From positions 60,600-124,599 of the forward strand of contig OZ196157.1 in the NCBI GenBank assembly GCA_964282835.1: DNA of 64,000 nucleotides, given 5' to 3'. The notes below the pieces were generated by a model. The model saw only the letters and a program-made list of their open reading frames with translations, was not told the origin of the DNA and ran no database searches. Made by a program: the position numbers and the translations under genes. Shown one piece after another: positions 33,219-41,919 of the stretch. Numbering within the stretch: the first letter of the stretch is position 1; every line of letters begins with the position of its first letter. Source of the DNA: an uncultured Granulicella sp. Lineage in GTDB: Bacteria; Acidobacteriota; Terriglobia; Terriglobales; Acidobacteriaceae.

Positions 33219-33539
33219 TCAGTTTGCGGCAATGCTGCCAGAGCCGATCTTGGCAAACTCGTTTACATTGCGTTCCACCACCTTCATGTTGGCGTGGTCC
33301 GCGCAGGTTGTGGAGCTGCTCTTGTACTCAAACAGCACCCAGCCTCCGCGGTTGGTGGAATTCATCGGCCTCGACTGACCGGGCAAAAAGCACTCTGCTT
33401 TGATAATGCCGTCCCGATGGTCTGCAGCCCGGTACGTTGTGACCCAGACCGCAAACCCGCTTTTGTTGTCGATAAAAATCTGGTTGTTGTGGGCTCCCCG
33501 GGCAAAGGGAGCATACGACGCACAGCGCGAACTCCAGCC
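33219..33539 (-). pseudogene. Start-less 106-codon coding-like fragment of unknown family
   Basis: An open frame not in the supplied ORF track because it has no usable start: ..YAPFARGAHNNQIFIDNKSGFAVWVTTYRAADHRDGIIKAECFLPGQSRPMNSTNRGGWVLFEYKSSSTTCADHANMKVVERNVNEFAKIGSGSIAAN*. About 70% of codons end in G/C. Confidence 0.3.
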
Positions 33540-34081
33540 TCACCTATACCCGGTAGATAGTTCTACCCGTTGACACTCTCTCCGGGCGAGGTGGGGATCA
33601 TCTTTGCACGCTTTGTCGATACACTGGAACGAACACGAAGCCCCAGCCAGCGCCAACGGCTGCCCGCGGAGCACCGGCTATGGCCCCACGACCGCGGAGG
33701 AGGCGTAGTTGCCCAGGTTGTAGTTCAGGCTGCGGCGGATCGCAGAAATCTCGACCGCTGGGACGCTCCGCATCACTTCGCTCCCGGGTGGCCGGGGCCT
33801 CTTCGCGGTCGTACAGAGCAACACCGGGTTCTCCGTCGAGAGCGTCGCCAAGAAGCTGGAGCCGTTCATGCCCATTCAGCTGCAGACGTACGCTCCGGCA
33901 CCAGAGCTCTACTCCGCCGTGGCGCGCAGGGTGCTCGGCCTCGCTCACCGGCTCAAGGGCGAAGCGCGCTAGACCGTTTGCCATCCCGGCCATGCTGCCT
34001 TGACTTTGCATATAGTTCCGCTCCCTGGGGCGAGGCCTTGCCGACTGGATCGGGTTGCAACCGGAGCCCATCGTCTGATCG

Positions 34082-34924
34082 CTACGGCTTGTGTCCTCTG
34101 GTTGTGGCCTGCGGAAATGCTTCGGGCCTGAGGACTACGGTCACAATGCAGTGATCCACCGTGTTAGAACCCGGTCGCTGCAGGAGTAGCTCAAGCGTCT
34201 GTCCCGGATGTTTCCAACGTGCGGGATAGTAGGTATCAAGCTGGGAATTAGTGATAAAGCCACGCTCGCAGTCGTATTGATACTCGGCTCCCTGAACCGT
34301 GGGAGCGGGTTCGGGAGTTGCCAGGTTGGCAGTACCCGTCCCATGATTGCCGCTGGCATCTTCCTGCCTTTGTCCATCCACGACGTGAAAGTGAAGTGGA
34401 TAGTCGGGCGCCGGTCCCTCGTAGGCAAAACCCGGGTCTGTCCAGGGCTTCCGAAAGCTGGCGGAGACTCCGTGAACGAAGCGTACACGATTGCTTTCGG
34501 TAAACGGCTGCGCCTCCAAAGCAAGGTTCAGCTTGCAGATGTGGGTGTATTTTCCTCCCACCTCCCCGGTCAAAATTTCAAGCTGATTCGGCGACTTCTT
34601 CCAGCGTGCCTGATACATTTCAGCGGGATCTGCGTTGGGCTGAAAGGGCGCGTCACACTCGAAGGCGAAATCAAAGCCCTGGACGCCGGCAGGGGTAAGT
34701 AGATTGCCCGTGCCATACCCGTGATTACGGTATCCGAGACCTCCCCAGCGAACGTCAAACAGATGAACTCTGAGCGGAAAGGCAGGATCGGGCGCTGTGA
34801 CCGCAATGTCAGGGTTCAACGCTCCTGTGGGAGGCGGTGGGGCCGGATCCCTCCGCATTTGACACAACGCGACCGTCGCAAAGCAGAGGGTCGAAAGGAG
34901 CGCGGAACATTTTGGATAGAACAT
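34082..34924 (-). CDS. Hypothetical secreted protein built from two tandem copies of a ~100-aa domain
   Basis: Start at MFYPKCSALLSTLCFATVALCQ (signal peptide). Internal duplication: HLFDVRWGG..YGTGNLLTPAGVQGFDFAFECD...YQARWKKSPNQLEIL aligns with HFHVVDGQ..HGTGTANLATPEPAPTVQGAEYQYDCE...YPARWKHPGQTLELL. Confidence 0.6.
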   Translation of the reverse strand: MFYPKCSALLSTLCFATVALCQMRRDPAPPPPTGALNPDIAVTAPDPAFPLRVHLFDVRWGGLGYRNHGYGTGNLLTPAGVQGFDFAFECDAPFQPNADPAEMYQARWKKSPNQLEILTGEVGGKYTHICKLNLALEAQPFTESNRVRFVHGVSASFRKPWTDPGFAYEGPAPDYPLHFHVVDGQRQEDASGNHGTGTANLATPEPAPTVQGAEYQYDCERGFITNSQLDTYYPARWKHPGQTLELLLQRPGSNTVDHCIVTVVLRPEAFPQATTRGHKP

Positions 34925-35086
34925 GCGCGGCCTCGCTCGCAGATTGAAGTGCAAAATCATAATAGGCGATTTGTAGCAGGAAGCGCCTACCAACCGATGG
35001 TCTCAACCTGATTGCTACAGTTTCATTACCTTTGCACACCTCAAAGAATTCCACCTACAGGAGTTGCGGTGTAGAACATACTTCCG

Positions 35087-35672
35087 CTATTGAACCGTAA
35101 CCGGGATCAAGACCGACGCCGTGACGGCTCCGCTGGAGGCTTTGACTGTGACGCTATACGTGCCTGCCGGGACGGGAGTAGTGGCGCCGGCAGAGCCTGG
35201 ACCTCTTGCAGAGCCGCAGGCGGCCAGGCCGACCAGCAGGCACCCTGCTGCGAGGCAGGCGCACAAGCGACGCCAACGTGAATGGCGGACTCCAGCGAGT
35301 GCGAGGCCGACTAGCAGGCTTGCGGCTGTGACAGGAGCCACTGCGTCACGGACTGGAGCCCGGCGTCGGACGGGCCGAACTGGCGGCCGAACTGCTGCGG
35401 GGTGAGGTCATGATGATACTCGGGAGAGGCTGGGTCGGACTGCTCGCTACTAACGCGTCCAGCTGCGCCTGCTGAGCGGGAGTGCGACCCAGAAAGAGCA
35501 GAACGCGTGCTGCCGCGAGATTTGCGAGCGCGGGACCGAGATCGATGGAGCCGGGAGGTATGGGGTGAGTAGGGACGGTTACTGTTGCGGCAGGAGACGC
35601 AAGGGCTGGGTTGGACTGGGCCGCGGAAAAGATAGACGGAATGCACAAAAGTAGAACCGCGAGCACTCTCAA
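35087..35672 (-). pseudogene. Sedolisin (S53, pro-kumamolisin-type) protease remnant: pro-domain plus C-terminal tail, catalytic domain deleted
   Basis: Signal peptide MRVLAVLLLCIPSIFSAAQS. RVLLFLGRTPAQQAQLDALV then, after a frameshift, EQSDPASPEYHHDLTPQQFGRQFGPSDAGLQSVTQWL (the pro-kumamolisin activation-domain pattern). This joins directly to a C-terminal Ig-like tail PAGTYSVTVKASSGAVTASVLIPVTVQ. Confidence 0.5.
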
Positions 35673-36494
35673 AGCACAGCCTCGAGTATGACGTCTGGGT
35701 GCAGCACCTGCGTTCTAGCGAATGTTCAAGATGGTGAAGCGAGTGCTTGAGACGCGTGCGAACGGCCAACCTCCTTTCCATGCACATTACGTCAGGGGGG
35801 GACTGCGAAGGTGTATGGATTTGCCGGCGCCTGGTCTGGAATAGGCGACGCTGTTTGCCCCGCAGTGTTCTGGGGACGGCCGCTCAGTGATTGTGAGTGT
35901 CCAGGACACCACCCACACTGGCATTACCGGGTGGCGACCACGGGAGCGCCACGGGTGGAGATGCTGAATCCGCCCAGATGGACAAGGCCATGTTGGACGA
36001 GCGGTATGGCCTGTATTTCTAGGCGAATACGGGCGCAGGCATGCTGCGGGTGCTTTACCGGAAGGGGCTTCCATCCGGGCCGGCTGAGCCGATCCCTGAG
36101 CTTAAGGATGTGAAGCCGGACCGCGACTGGACGATCCAGGATAGCGGGCTGATCTACCTGGGCGCTGCCGCAGGGGTTTACACGCTGGAGCAGTACGATC
36201 TTTCGACCGGGTGAACTACTACGCTACCTGGGCCTGTACCGCGGGTGTCCTTCTTTTGGGGTTCAGCTATGTGGCGCAGACTCACACACTCATCTACCCG
36301 CGGCTGCGCGAGAGCTCCGGAACACAGGTCTTCCTGGTGCACCAGACAAAGTAGACTGTTGTCGCTATGGTAAGCACAGGCTGAGCCGCTGTATCGATGG
36401 CGGTATCCGTTCCGCGTCTGCCGCGGGCTTGAACCGAAGAACAAACTTCACTTGATCTGATCTCCAATCGTCGAAGGTGCAGACCTCGCGATTG

Positions 36495-37568
36495 CTACTG
36501 ATCATTGTGTGTCACACGTTCGACCATGTGGAACAGGGTTTGCATCTGCGGCCCCGATTTTACGGCGTAGTCTGGATCGTTTAGATAACCCCACCAGTTC
36601 CAGCAGCCTTGTGCATTGCTCCCGGTTGCATTCGTTGCAACAGCTTGAGGGTACAAGACTATTGTGTGATTCGTGTCCGCCCATTGATTCACTCCCGAGT
36701 TGTTGATGAATGTCAGGCCAACGGCACTATAAGACTGTTGGCAGCCATGCAGTACAAGCACTAGCGCGCACTTGGTACCCGTAGCGCAATCTTGCGGAAC
36801 GTACACATAGCCCATACTGTCCATGCTGAGCGCGGCCGCGCTGCCACCGGGGGCGAACTCATTCTGGTTGAAGGACAAGAGCGAGCCCTTGAGGATACCG
36901 TTGTTCTTCGGCATAAGCGGTCCTAGCCAACGCGTCAACCATATCTGCTCAGAGTCGTAGGGCTGTGACTCACTGGGTCCGGACGCGCCACTCTGGGTGT
37001 TATCAGCTTTGGAGCATGTAACCAGGTAGGGACTGCCGGCTTGGGGGCAAAGGTTTGGTCCGTAGGGTGACTCCCAACCATGCGCGGCGAGGTAGGAATG
37101 GTCGTAGTGAAAGACGCTTGCTCCTAGAGATTCGTACTGCGTCTTGAGCGCATCCACCAGCGGTTGACGCACGTTGGTATCGAGCAGCCCTGACCACAGG
37201 TAAACCGGACTGCCTTTCAGATTCCCAAGGGGATCGATGAGGCCCTGCTCCGCCCAGCCCCTGACAACGGAAGTTAGAGTTTCAGCGTCGACTGGCGGAA
37301 CGTTGGCGATACAGGTGGTGAGCGCGTTGGCCAGGCTGTCCTGAGCACAATCGTCCGGACCACCGGCATAGATGGCCGCACCATGAAACGTCCTGGAGTA
37401 GGCAACATGCATCTGCACGGCCATGAAGGCCCCGGAGGAGATGCCGGCCACGTAAACGCGGTCAGAAGCGACGTTGTATGTTTGAAGCGCCTGACCGCGA
37501 GCGGCCTGAGAACCCAGGCCGGCCATTGCCACAGCCAGAATAGATGCGAGTCGACTGATGTTGTACAT
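36495..37568 (-). CDS. phaZ: Extracellular short-chain-length PHA (PHB) depolymerase, type-2 (permuted) catalytic domain
   Basis: Start at MYNISRLASILAVAMAGLGSQAARG (signal peptide). The lipase box VYVAGISSGAF is near the N-terminus. The oxyanion/LHGC segment ALVLVLHGCQQS...VLYPQ...AQGCWNWWGY is near the C-terminus. This is the esterase_phb motif set in type-2 order. Confidence 0.65.
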   Translation of the reverse strand: MYNISRLASILAVAMAGLGSQAARGQALQTYNVASDRVYVAGISSGAFMAVQMHVAYSRTFHGAAIYAGGPDDCAQDSLANALTTCIANVPPVDAETLTSVVRGWAEQGLIDPLGNLKGSPVYLWSGLLDTNVRQPLVDALKTQYESLGASVFHYDHSYLAAHGWESPYGPNLCPQAGSPYLVTCSKADNTQSGASGPSESQPYDSEQIWLTRWLGPLMPKNNGILKGSLLSFNQNEFAPGGSAAALSMDSMGYVYVPQDCATGTKCALVLVLHGCQQSYSAVGLTFINNSGVNQWADTNHTIVLYPQAVATNATGSNAQGCWNWWGYLNDPDYAVKSGPQMQTLFHMVERVTHNDQ

Positions 37569-37602
37569 ATGATCCTTCCAGAGGCAATGGTTGAGAGCGC
37601 CA

Positions 37603-37672
37603 CACATCGCAACGAGCAGACGCTCATAAAACGAGCGCCCGATTTATACTTGGTTCAGCCTAAAATTGTCAA
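37603..37672 (-). promoter_or_regulatory. Sigma-70-type promoter (TTGACA-N18-TATAAA) with downstream operator-like inverted repeat, upstream of phaZ and divergent from the TetR gene
   Basis: On the minus strand: -35 TTGACA (37672-37667), 18-nt spacer, -10 TATAAA (37648-37643), then CGCTC-N7-GAGCG (37637-37621). A near-identical copy lies at 46943-47010. Confidence 0.6.
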
Positions 37673-37844
37673 GAAAGGACGAGGATCTCGGCGAAGTCCA
37701 GCGCTTCAGGCACTCCGTACAGGGATGGGTGCAGGATATGGCAGCCGAGAATGGTTAGCTACTCTCGACTCTTCGTCTAAACTGGGTAAGATCCTCGTGA
37801 CAACAGGCTTCAAAGGCTCTTACTCGTTTTGTACTTGAAAGTCG

Positions 37845-38531
37845 ATGCGCATGAAAAGACTCGTTCAGCAGCGAATCCAGGAAAACCGCGAGGCCATCGA
37901 GTCGGCGGCGCTTTCGTTGTTTACGTCACAAGGCTTTCATGGGACGAATATTCGAGAGATCGCTGAACGGTCGGGACTTTCGGTCGGCGCGATGTATAGC
38001 TACTACCCGAATAAGGAAAGTCTTTACGTCAGCGTCGTGCGCAATGTTGAAGTCCGTCTCAGCAACCTTCGCGCCAGCATGCTCTTCGCGGCGGAGGACG
38101 AAGATCCTTTCTCGCGGGAGTCGCTGCGTGCCTTCGCAAACGGGCTGCGAACCCTTATTCGTGAAAACATGGACTACTGGCGCTTGATGTACATCGACGT
38201 TGTCGAATTCAAGAATGCGCACTTCGCCGAAAATTTCCAGAACGTCGTCGAGCAGTTTCGCGAGCGCTATAGAGCCGCCTTCCAATGCGTGATGCAAAAC
38301 AGCAACTGGTGCGGGCACGAACCGGGCTTCGTCTACGCGAACTTCTACCACAGTGTCATCACCTATTTCCTGATTGAAAACCTGTTTGGCGGCAAACAAC
38401 ACCTTGGCATGCCCGAAGATGAAGCGATCGATCGTATGATTGATCTTTCGGTGAAAGGCCTCTGGAAAAACCAGGAAGAAGTTCAGACTAAAAGCAAAAC
38501 AAAAAGCAAAAGAGCGGCAAAACGCAAGTGA
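37845..38531 (+). CDS. TetR/AcrR-family transcriptional regulator (candidate regulator of the PHB locus)
   Basis: HTH AIESAALSLFTSQGFHGTNIREIAERSGLSVGAMYSYYPNKESLY. Divergent from phaZ and convergent with the alpha/beta hydrolase gene. Confidence 0.8.
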   Translation: MRMKRLVQQRIQENREAIESAALSLFTSQGFHGTNIREIAERSGLSVGAMYSYYPNKESLYVSVVRNVEVRLSNLRASMLFAAEDEDPFSRESLRAFANGLRTLIRENMDYWRLMYIDVVEFKNAHFAENFQNVVEQFRERYRAAFQCVMQNSNWCGHEPGFVYANFYHSVITYFLIENLFGGKQHLGMPEDEAIDRMIDLSVKGLWKNQEEVQTKSKTKSKRAAKRK

Positions 38532-38536
38532 GGTCT

Positions 38537-39460
38537 TCAGATACGTTCAGCAGCTTCTAGACGTTGCAAAAACTGCTCGATCCTGAACACTGCCATAGGT
38601 TCGGTAAGGGTCGGGGCGTGCCCCCGGTTGGGTATTACCAAGGCTTCTGCTCGTGAGTGGCGGGCGACCATGGCATCGAGAAGATCGGCCGATAATAAGT
38701 CGGACAGTTCCCCGCGGATGGCGAGAAGTGGGATCTTACCCAGTGCAGGCCACAGCGACCATAGATTTGGCAATTCCACAGTAAAATCCAGATTGTTGAG
38801 TAACTGGATGATTGCCGGATCGTAGGCGGCCACGGGTGTCCCACTTGGGTCTTCAAGGTACGTGCACCGCGCGAAAGCATCCCAGTCAGGCCTTGTGTAG
38901 TCGGGAAAAGCAACTTTGTTGACCAACCTAGCTTGCTCGGCCGCCTCACTCCATGACGTAACGGGCGAGAGCGCGGAAAAGGCATCCCGGATGCGTTTTA
39001 GTCCGGCTATGGGGATGACGGGCCCGACATCGTTCAGGATGATGCCGCGGAAACGGGCAGGCTGGGTCGCGCCCATGATCATGGCCATCAGTCCGCCGTT
39101 CGAGGTGCCGAGCAGGACAGGCCCGCCGGATTGCTGGTTGAAACCTAGCTTATCGAGCAGCACGAACATGTCGCCGGCCTGGACGAGTGGGGTGTAGTTG
39201 GCCGGTTCCGGGTCCCATTGCGAACGGCCGCGGCCCCGCTGATCGACCGAAATCATGCGGTAGCGTGGAAGGTGCCGGGCCAGAGCGGCGAAATCAAGGG
39301 AGTTCCGTGTCAGCCCCGCCATACACAGCACGGTCAGCGGGGCGTCGCGCGGTCCCACGTCTGACGCATGAAGTTCGAGGCGTCCATCGGCACTCATAAA
39401 GCTAAGCTCGTGACGCTCGACAAACATAGCTGCAGATGTCATGGTTTGGTTCCCCGGCAT
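38537..39460 (-). CDS. Alpha/beta-fold hydrolase
   Basis: HG-type oxyanion region VLCMAGLTRNS, nucleophile elbow LLGTSNGG, and a C-terminal IPNRGHAP catalytic His context. Confidence 0.7.
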   Translation of the reverse strand: MPGNQTMTSAAMFVERHELSFMSADGRLELHASDVGPRDAPLTVLCMAGLTRNSLDFAALARHLPRYRMISVDQRGRGRSQWDPEPANYTPLVQAGDMFVLLDKLGFNQQSGGPVLLGTSNGGLMAMIMGATQPARFRGIILNDVGPVIPIAGLKRIRDAFSALSPVTSWSEAAEQARLVNKVAFPDYTRPDWDAFARCTYLEDPSGTPVAAYDPAIIQLLNNLDFTVELPNLWSLWPALGKIPLLAIRGELSDLLSADLLDAMVARHSRAEALVIPNRGHAPTLTEPMAVFRIEQFLQRLEAAERI

Positions 39461-39595
39461 GTGCTTACCGTTGCTGGGCCATGTGTGGCAAGCGCGGAGG
39501 CTGCATCTGGCAAGACTTTATTCATCCTTCCCTCTCTCCCTCTTGTGAAATGGTGAATCCTGTTTGCGGCGCGCTTGACCGCGAAATTGCCTGTG

Positions 39596-40384
39596 TTACT
39601 GCGCGGTCCATCCTCCGTCAAGTGGAAGGGATACGCCGGTCAGATTGGCGGCTGAAACCGAGCACAGAAAACCGACTAACGAGCCGATCTCTTCCACTTG
39701 CGTGAACTGCCCGGAAGGCTGCTTTTCACTCAGGAGCAGGCGCTCTGCCTCGGCTCGGCTCAGCCCGCCGGCGGTCATACGGTCGTTGATCTGGGCCTGT
39801 AGTAGAGGCGTTGCAACGAAGCCCGGGCAGATGGCATTTGCAGTGATGCCCAGCCCCGCGGTTTCAAGCGCAACCACCTTGGTGAGTCCCACGAGCCCAT
39901 GTTTGGCTGCGACGTACGGCGCTTTGTATTTGGAAGCAACCAGCCCATGTACAGACGCGATGTTGATAATGCGCCCAAAGCCTGCGGCCTTCATGCCCGG
40001 CAGCACGGCCGCGATGAGGTGAAAGGCGGCCGACAGGTTCAGGGCCAGGATGGCGTCCCAGCGCTCGGCCGGCATCTCCTCGACCGGCGCGACATGCTGG
40101 ATACCGGCATTGTTAATCAGGATGTCCACCTGCCCCCAGGCTTTGAGGGCATAGTTGGCCAGGGTGCGGCACTCTTTCGGGTCGGTGAGGTCGGCAGCGA
40201 GAAAGAGAGCCTGGACGCCGTACTGAGCCTCGAAGGACCGCCGCAGTTCTTCGATCGCATCTGGATCGCCAAAGCCGTTGAGCAGAACATCACAGCCCTG
40301 CTCGGCGAGCACCCTGGCTATGCTGAGCCCGATCCCGCTGGTGGAGCCGGTAACAAGTGCTTTCCTGCCGGAAAGAGGCATCAT
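39596..40384 (-). CDS. bdhA: 3-hydroxybutyrate dehydrogenase (classical SDR)
   Basis: Start at MMPLSGRKALVTGSTSGIGLSIA. NNAGIQHVAPVEEMP and SVHGLVASKYKAPYVAAKHGLVGLTK closely match the BdhA signature. Confidence 0.75.
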   Translation of the reverse strand: MMPLSGRKALVTGSTSGIGLSIARVLAEQGCDVLLNGFGDPDAIEELRRSFEAQYGVQALFLAADLTDPKECRTLANYALKAWGQVDILINNAGIQHVAPVEEMPAERWDAILALNLSAAFHLIAAVLPGMKAAGFGRIINIASVHGLVASKYKAPYVAAKHGLVGLTKVVALETAGLGITANAICPGFVATPLLQAQINDRMTAGGLSRAEAERLLLSEKQPSGQFTQVEEIGSLVGFLCSVSAANLTGVSLPLDGGWTAQ

Positions 40385-40439
40385 CGTTTGTTGTTCTCTC
40401 TTTCTTTCTTCTGCCCAGATTGCGGCGGTCAAGGAACGC

Positions 40440-41882
40440 TCAGGGCGTTACGGTGAAAGTTGTCGGCATGGTATAGACCGGCTGTGTGGCGGCTTCATCG
40501 TGCGGCGATCGGAACTCCTCGGCGCCGTAGAGCTGCTCAGGCAGTCTATCCGGGCGCGCCGGGTAAACGTCTTCAAGCGCCTGATACACAAGCTGGCGCA
40601 GAAGCTGCCGGTAGAGCACCTTGGTCTCAAACCTGGACTGGGCCGTGAACGAGACTGCGATCAACTGCTGTTCCGGATCAGCCCAGAAGTAGGTGCCGCT
40701 GGCACCGCCCCAGTAGAAATCCCCGACCGAGCCGGGTGCGGGATTGCGGCCGGCAGCGGTGCGCACAGCGAGGCCGAGGCCGAAGCCCTGGCCCATTTCC
40801 GGAGTGGGAGCGATGAGGCGCAGGAGTGCCCGGATGTTGTCTGGAACGGTGATGCCGGGTGGAAGATGATTGGACCGCATCAGCATGACGGATTTGGCAG
40901 AGAGAATGCGCTTGCCTTCCAGTTGACCGTCATTGAGCAGCATTTGTGCGAAGCGCAGATAGTCGCCTGCAGTGGAGAACATACCCCCGCCACCAGAAAG
41001 GCATCCGGAGTGGCCACGCTTGCGAGCTTCAGCAGCGGCCCTCAATGGGTTGGGTTCTGAGCTGGCAGGAAGCGGGTCAAATATTGGGTCCCAGGCATAA
41101 GGCGCACCGGGACTTACATGAAACTTCAATGTCTCGAGGCCCAGTGGCCGACCGATATGCTCCTCGATGAACGCGTCGAGTGACTGGCCCGAAACGACCT
41201 CGATCACACGGCCCAGCACGTCGGTCGAAATGGAATATTCAAACGTGGTGCCAGGCTCGCTGGCAAGCGGCATGGCTGCCAGCCGTGTGATCGTTTCCGC
41301 AAGCGGCACATCAAAGCCAGTGCTCCAAACGTTGGCTTCCATGTAGGCCTGATGTACGGGACCGTTGCCGAACTGCCCGTAAACAAAGCCGCTGGTATGC
41401 CGGAAAAGATCCTGCACGGTGGGCTCGCGTCGTGCGGGCTCAAGTGTCCTGGTCACCTTGCCGGACGCATCGACGCGTTCCCGCAGCACCTTCAGCGAAC
41501 GCAGTTCAGGCAGGTAGCGCGATACCGGCTCATCGAGGCACAATAAACCCTCTTCAACCAACACCATGGCTGCCACCGAGGTGACCGGCTTGGTCAAGGA
41601 CATGAGCGAAAACACGGTGTCCTCGGTCATGGCGATGCCGGCCGGCACGGCCGCGTAGCCGAACGCCCGGGAGTAGGCAAGCTTGCCATTGCGCGCGACC
41701 AGCACGACGGCACCGGGTATCTCACCTGCCTGGACGCCGGCTTCCATGCGCGCGTCCAACCGTCTTAGCCGCTCGGCGGAGAATCCCTGGCCTTCAGCGT
41801 CAGTGCGCGGCAAGGGGTCTTTGTGACTCCTGAGGCGATCCTCCGCGGGTATGTCGGACTTTCCAACTGCTGTTGGTTGCAC
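40440..41882 (-). CDS. Beta-lactamase-fold (class C/EstB-like) serine hydrolase
   Basis: S-x-x-K nucleophile motif FSLMSLTKPVT. About 480 aa and no signal peptide. Its position suggests a 3HB-oligomer esterase (inference). Confidence 0.7.
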   Translation of the reverse strand: MQPTAVGKSDIPAEDRLRSHKDPLPRTDAEGQGFSAERLRRLDARMEAGVQAGEIPGAVVLVARNGKLAYSRAFGYAAVPAGIAMTEDTVFSLMSLTKPVTSVAAMVLVEEGLLCLDEPVSRYLPELRSLKVLRERVDASGKVTRTLEPARREPTVQDLFRHTSGFVYGQFGNGPVHQAYMEANVWSTGFDVPLAETITRLAAMPLASEPGTTFEYSISTDVLGRVIEVVSGQSLDAFIEEHIGRPLGLETLKFHVSPGAPYAWDPIFDPLPASSEPNPLRAAAEARKRGHSGCLSGGGGMFSTAGDYLRFAQMLLNDGQLEGKRILSAKSVMLMRSNHLPPGITVPDNIRALLRLIAPTPEMGQGFGLGLAVRTAAGRNPAPGSVGDFYWGGASGTYFWADPEQQLIAVSFTAQSRFETKVLYRQLLRQLVYQALEDVYPARPDRLPEQLYGAEEFRSPHDEAATQPVYTMPTTFTVTP

Positions 41883-41919
41883 TTATAACTTCCTTGCTGG
41901 AGGCCGAAAATCGGCCTGC

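Noticed and set aside
37677-37800. A 10-bp inverted repeat (ACGAGGATCT ... AGATCCTCGT) about 100 nt apart upstream of the PHB-locus TetR gene.
   Set aside because: It is a single occurrence with a long spacer and is not conserved in the second promoter copy. It could be chance in a 270-nt region, so I note it but do not call it regulatory.
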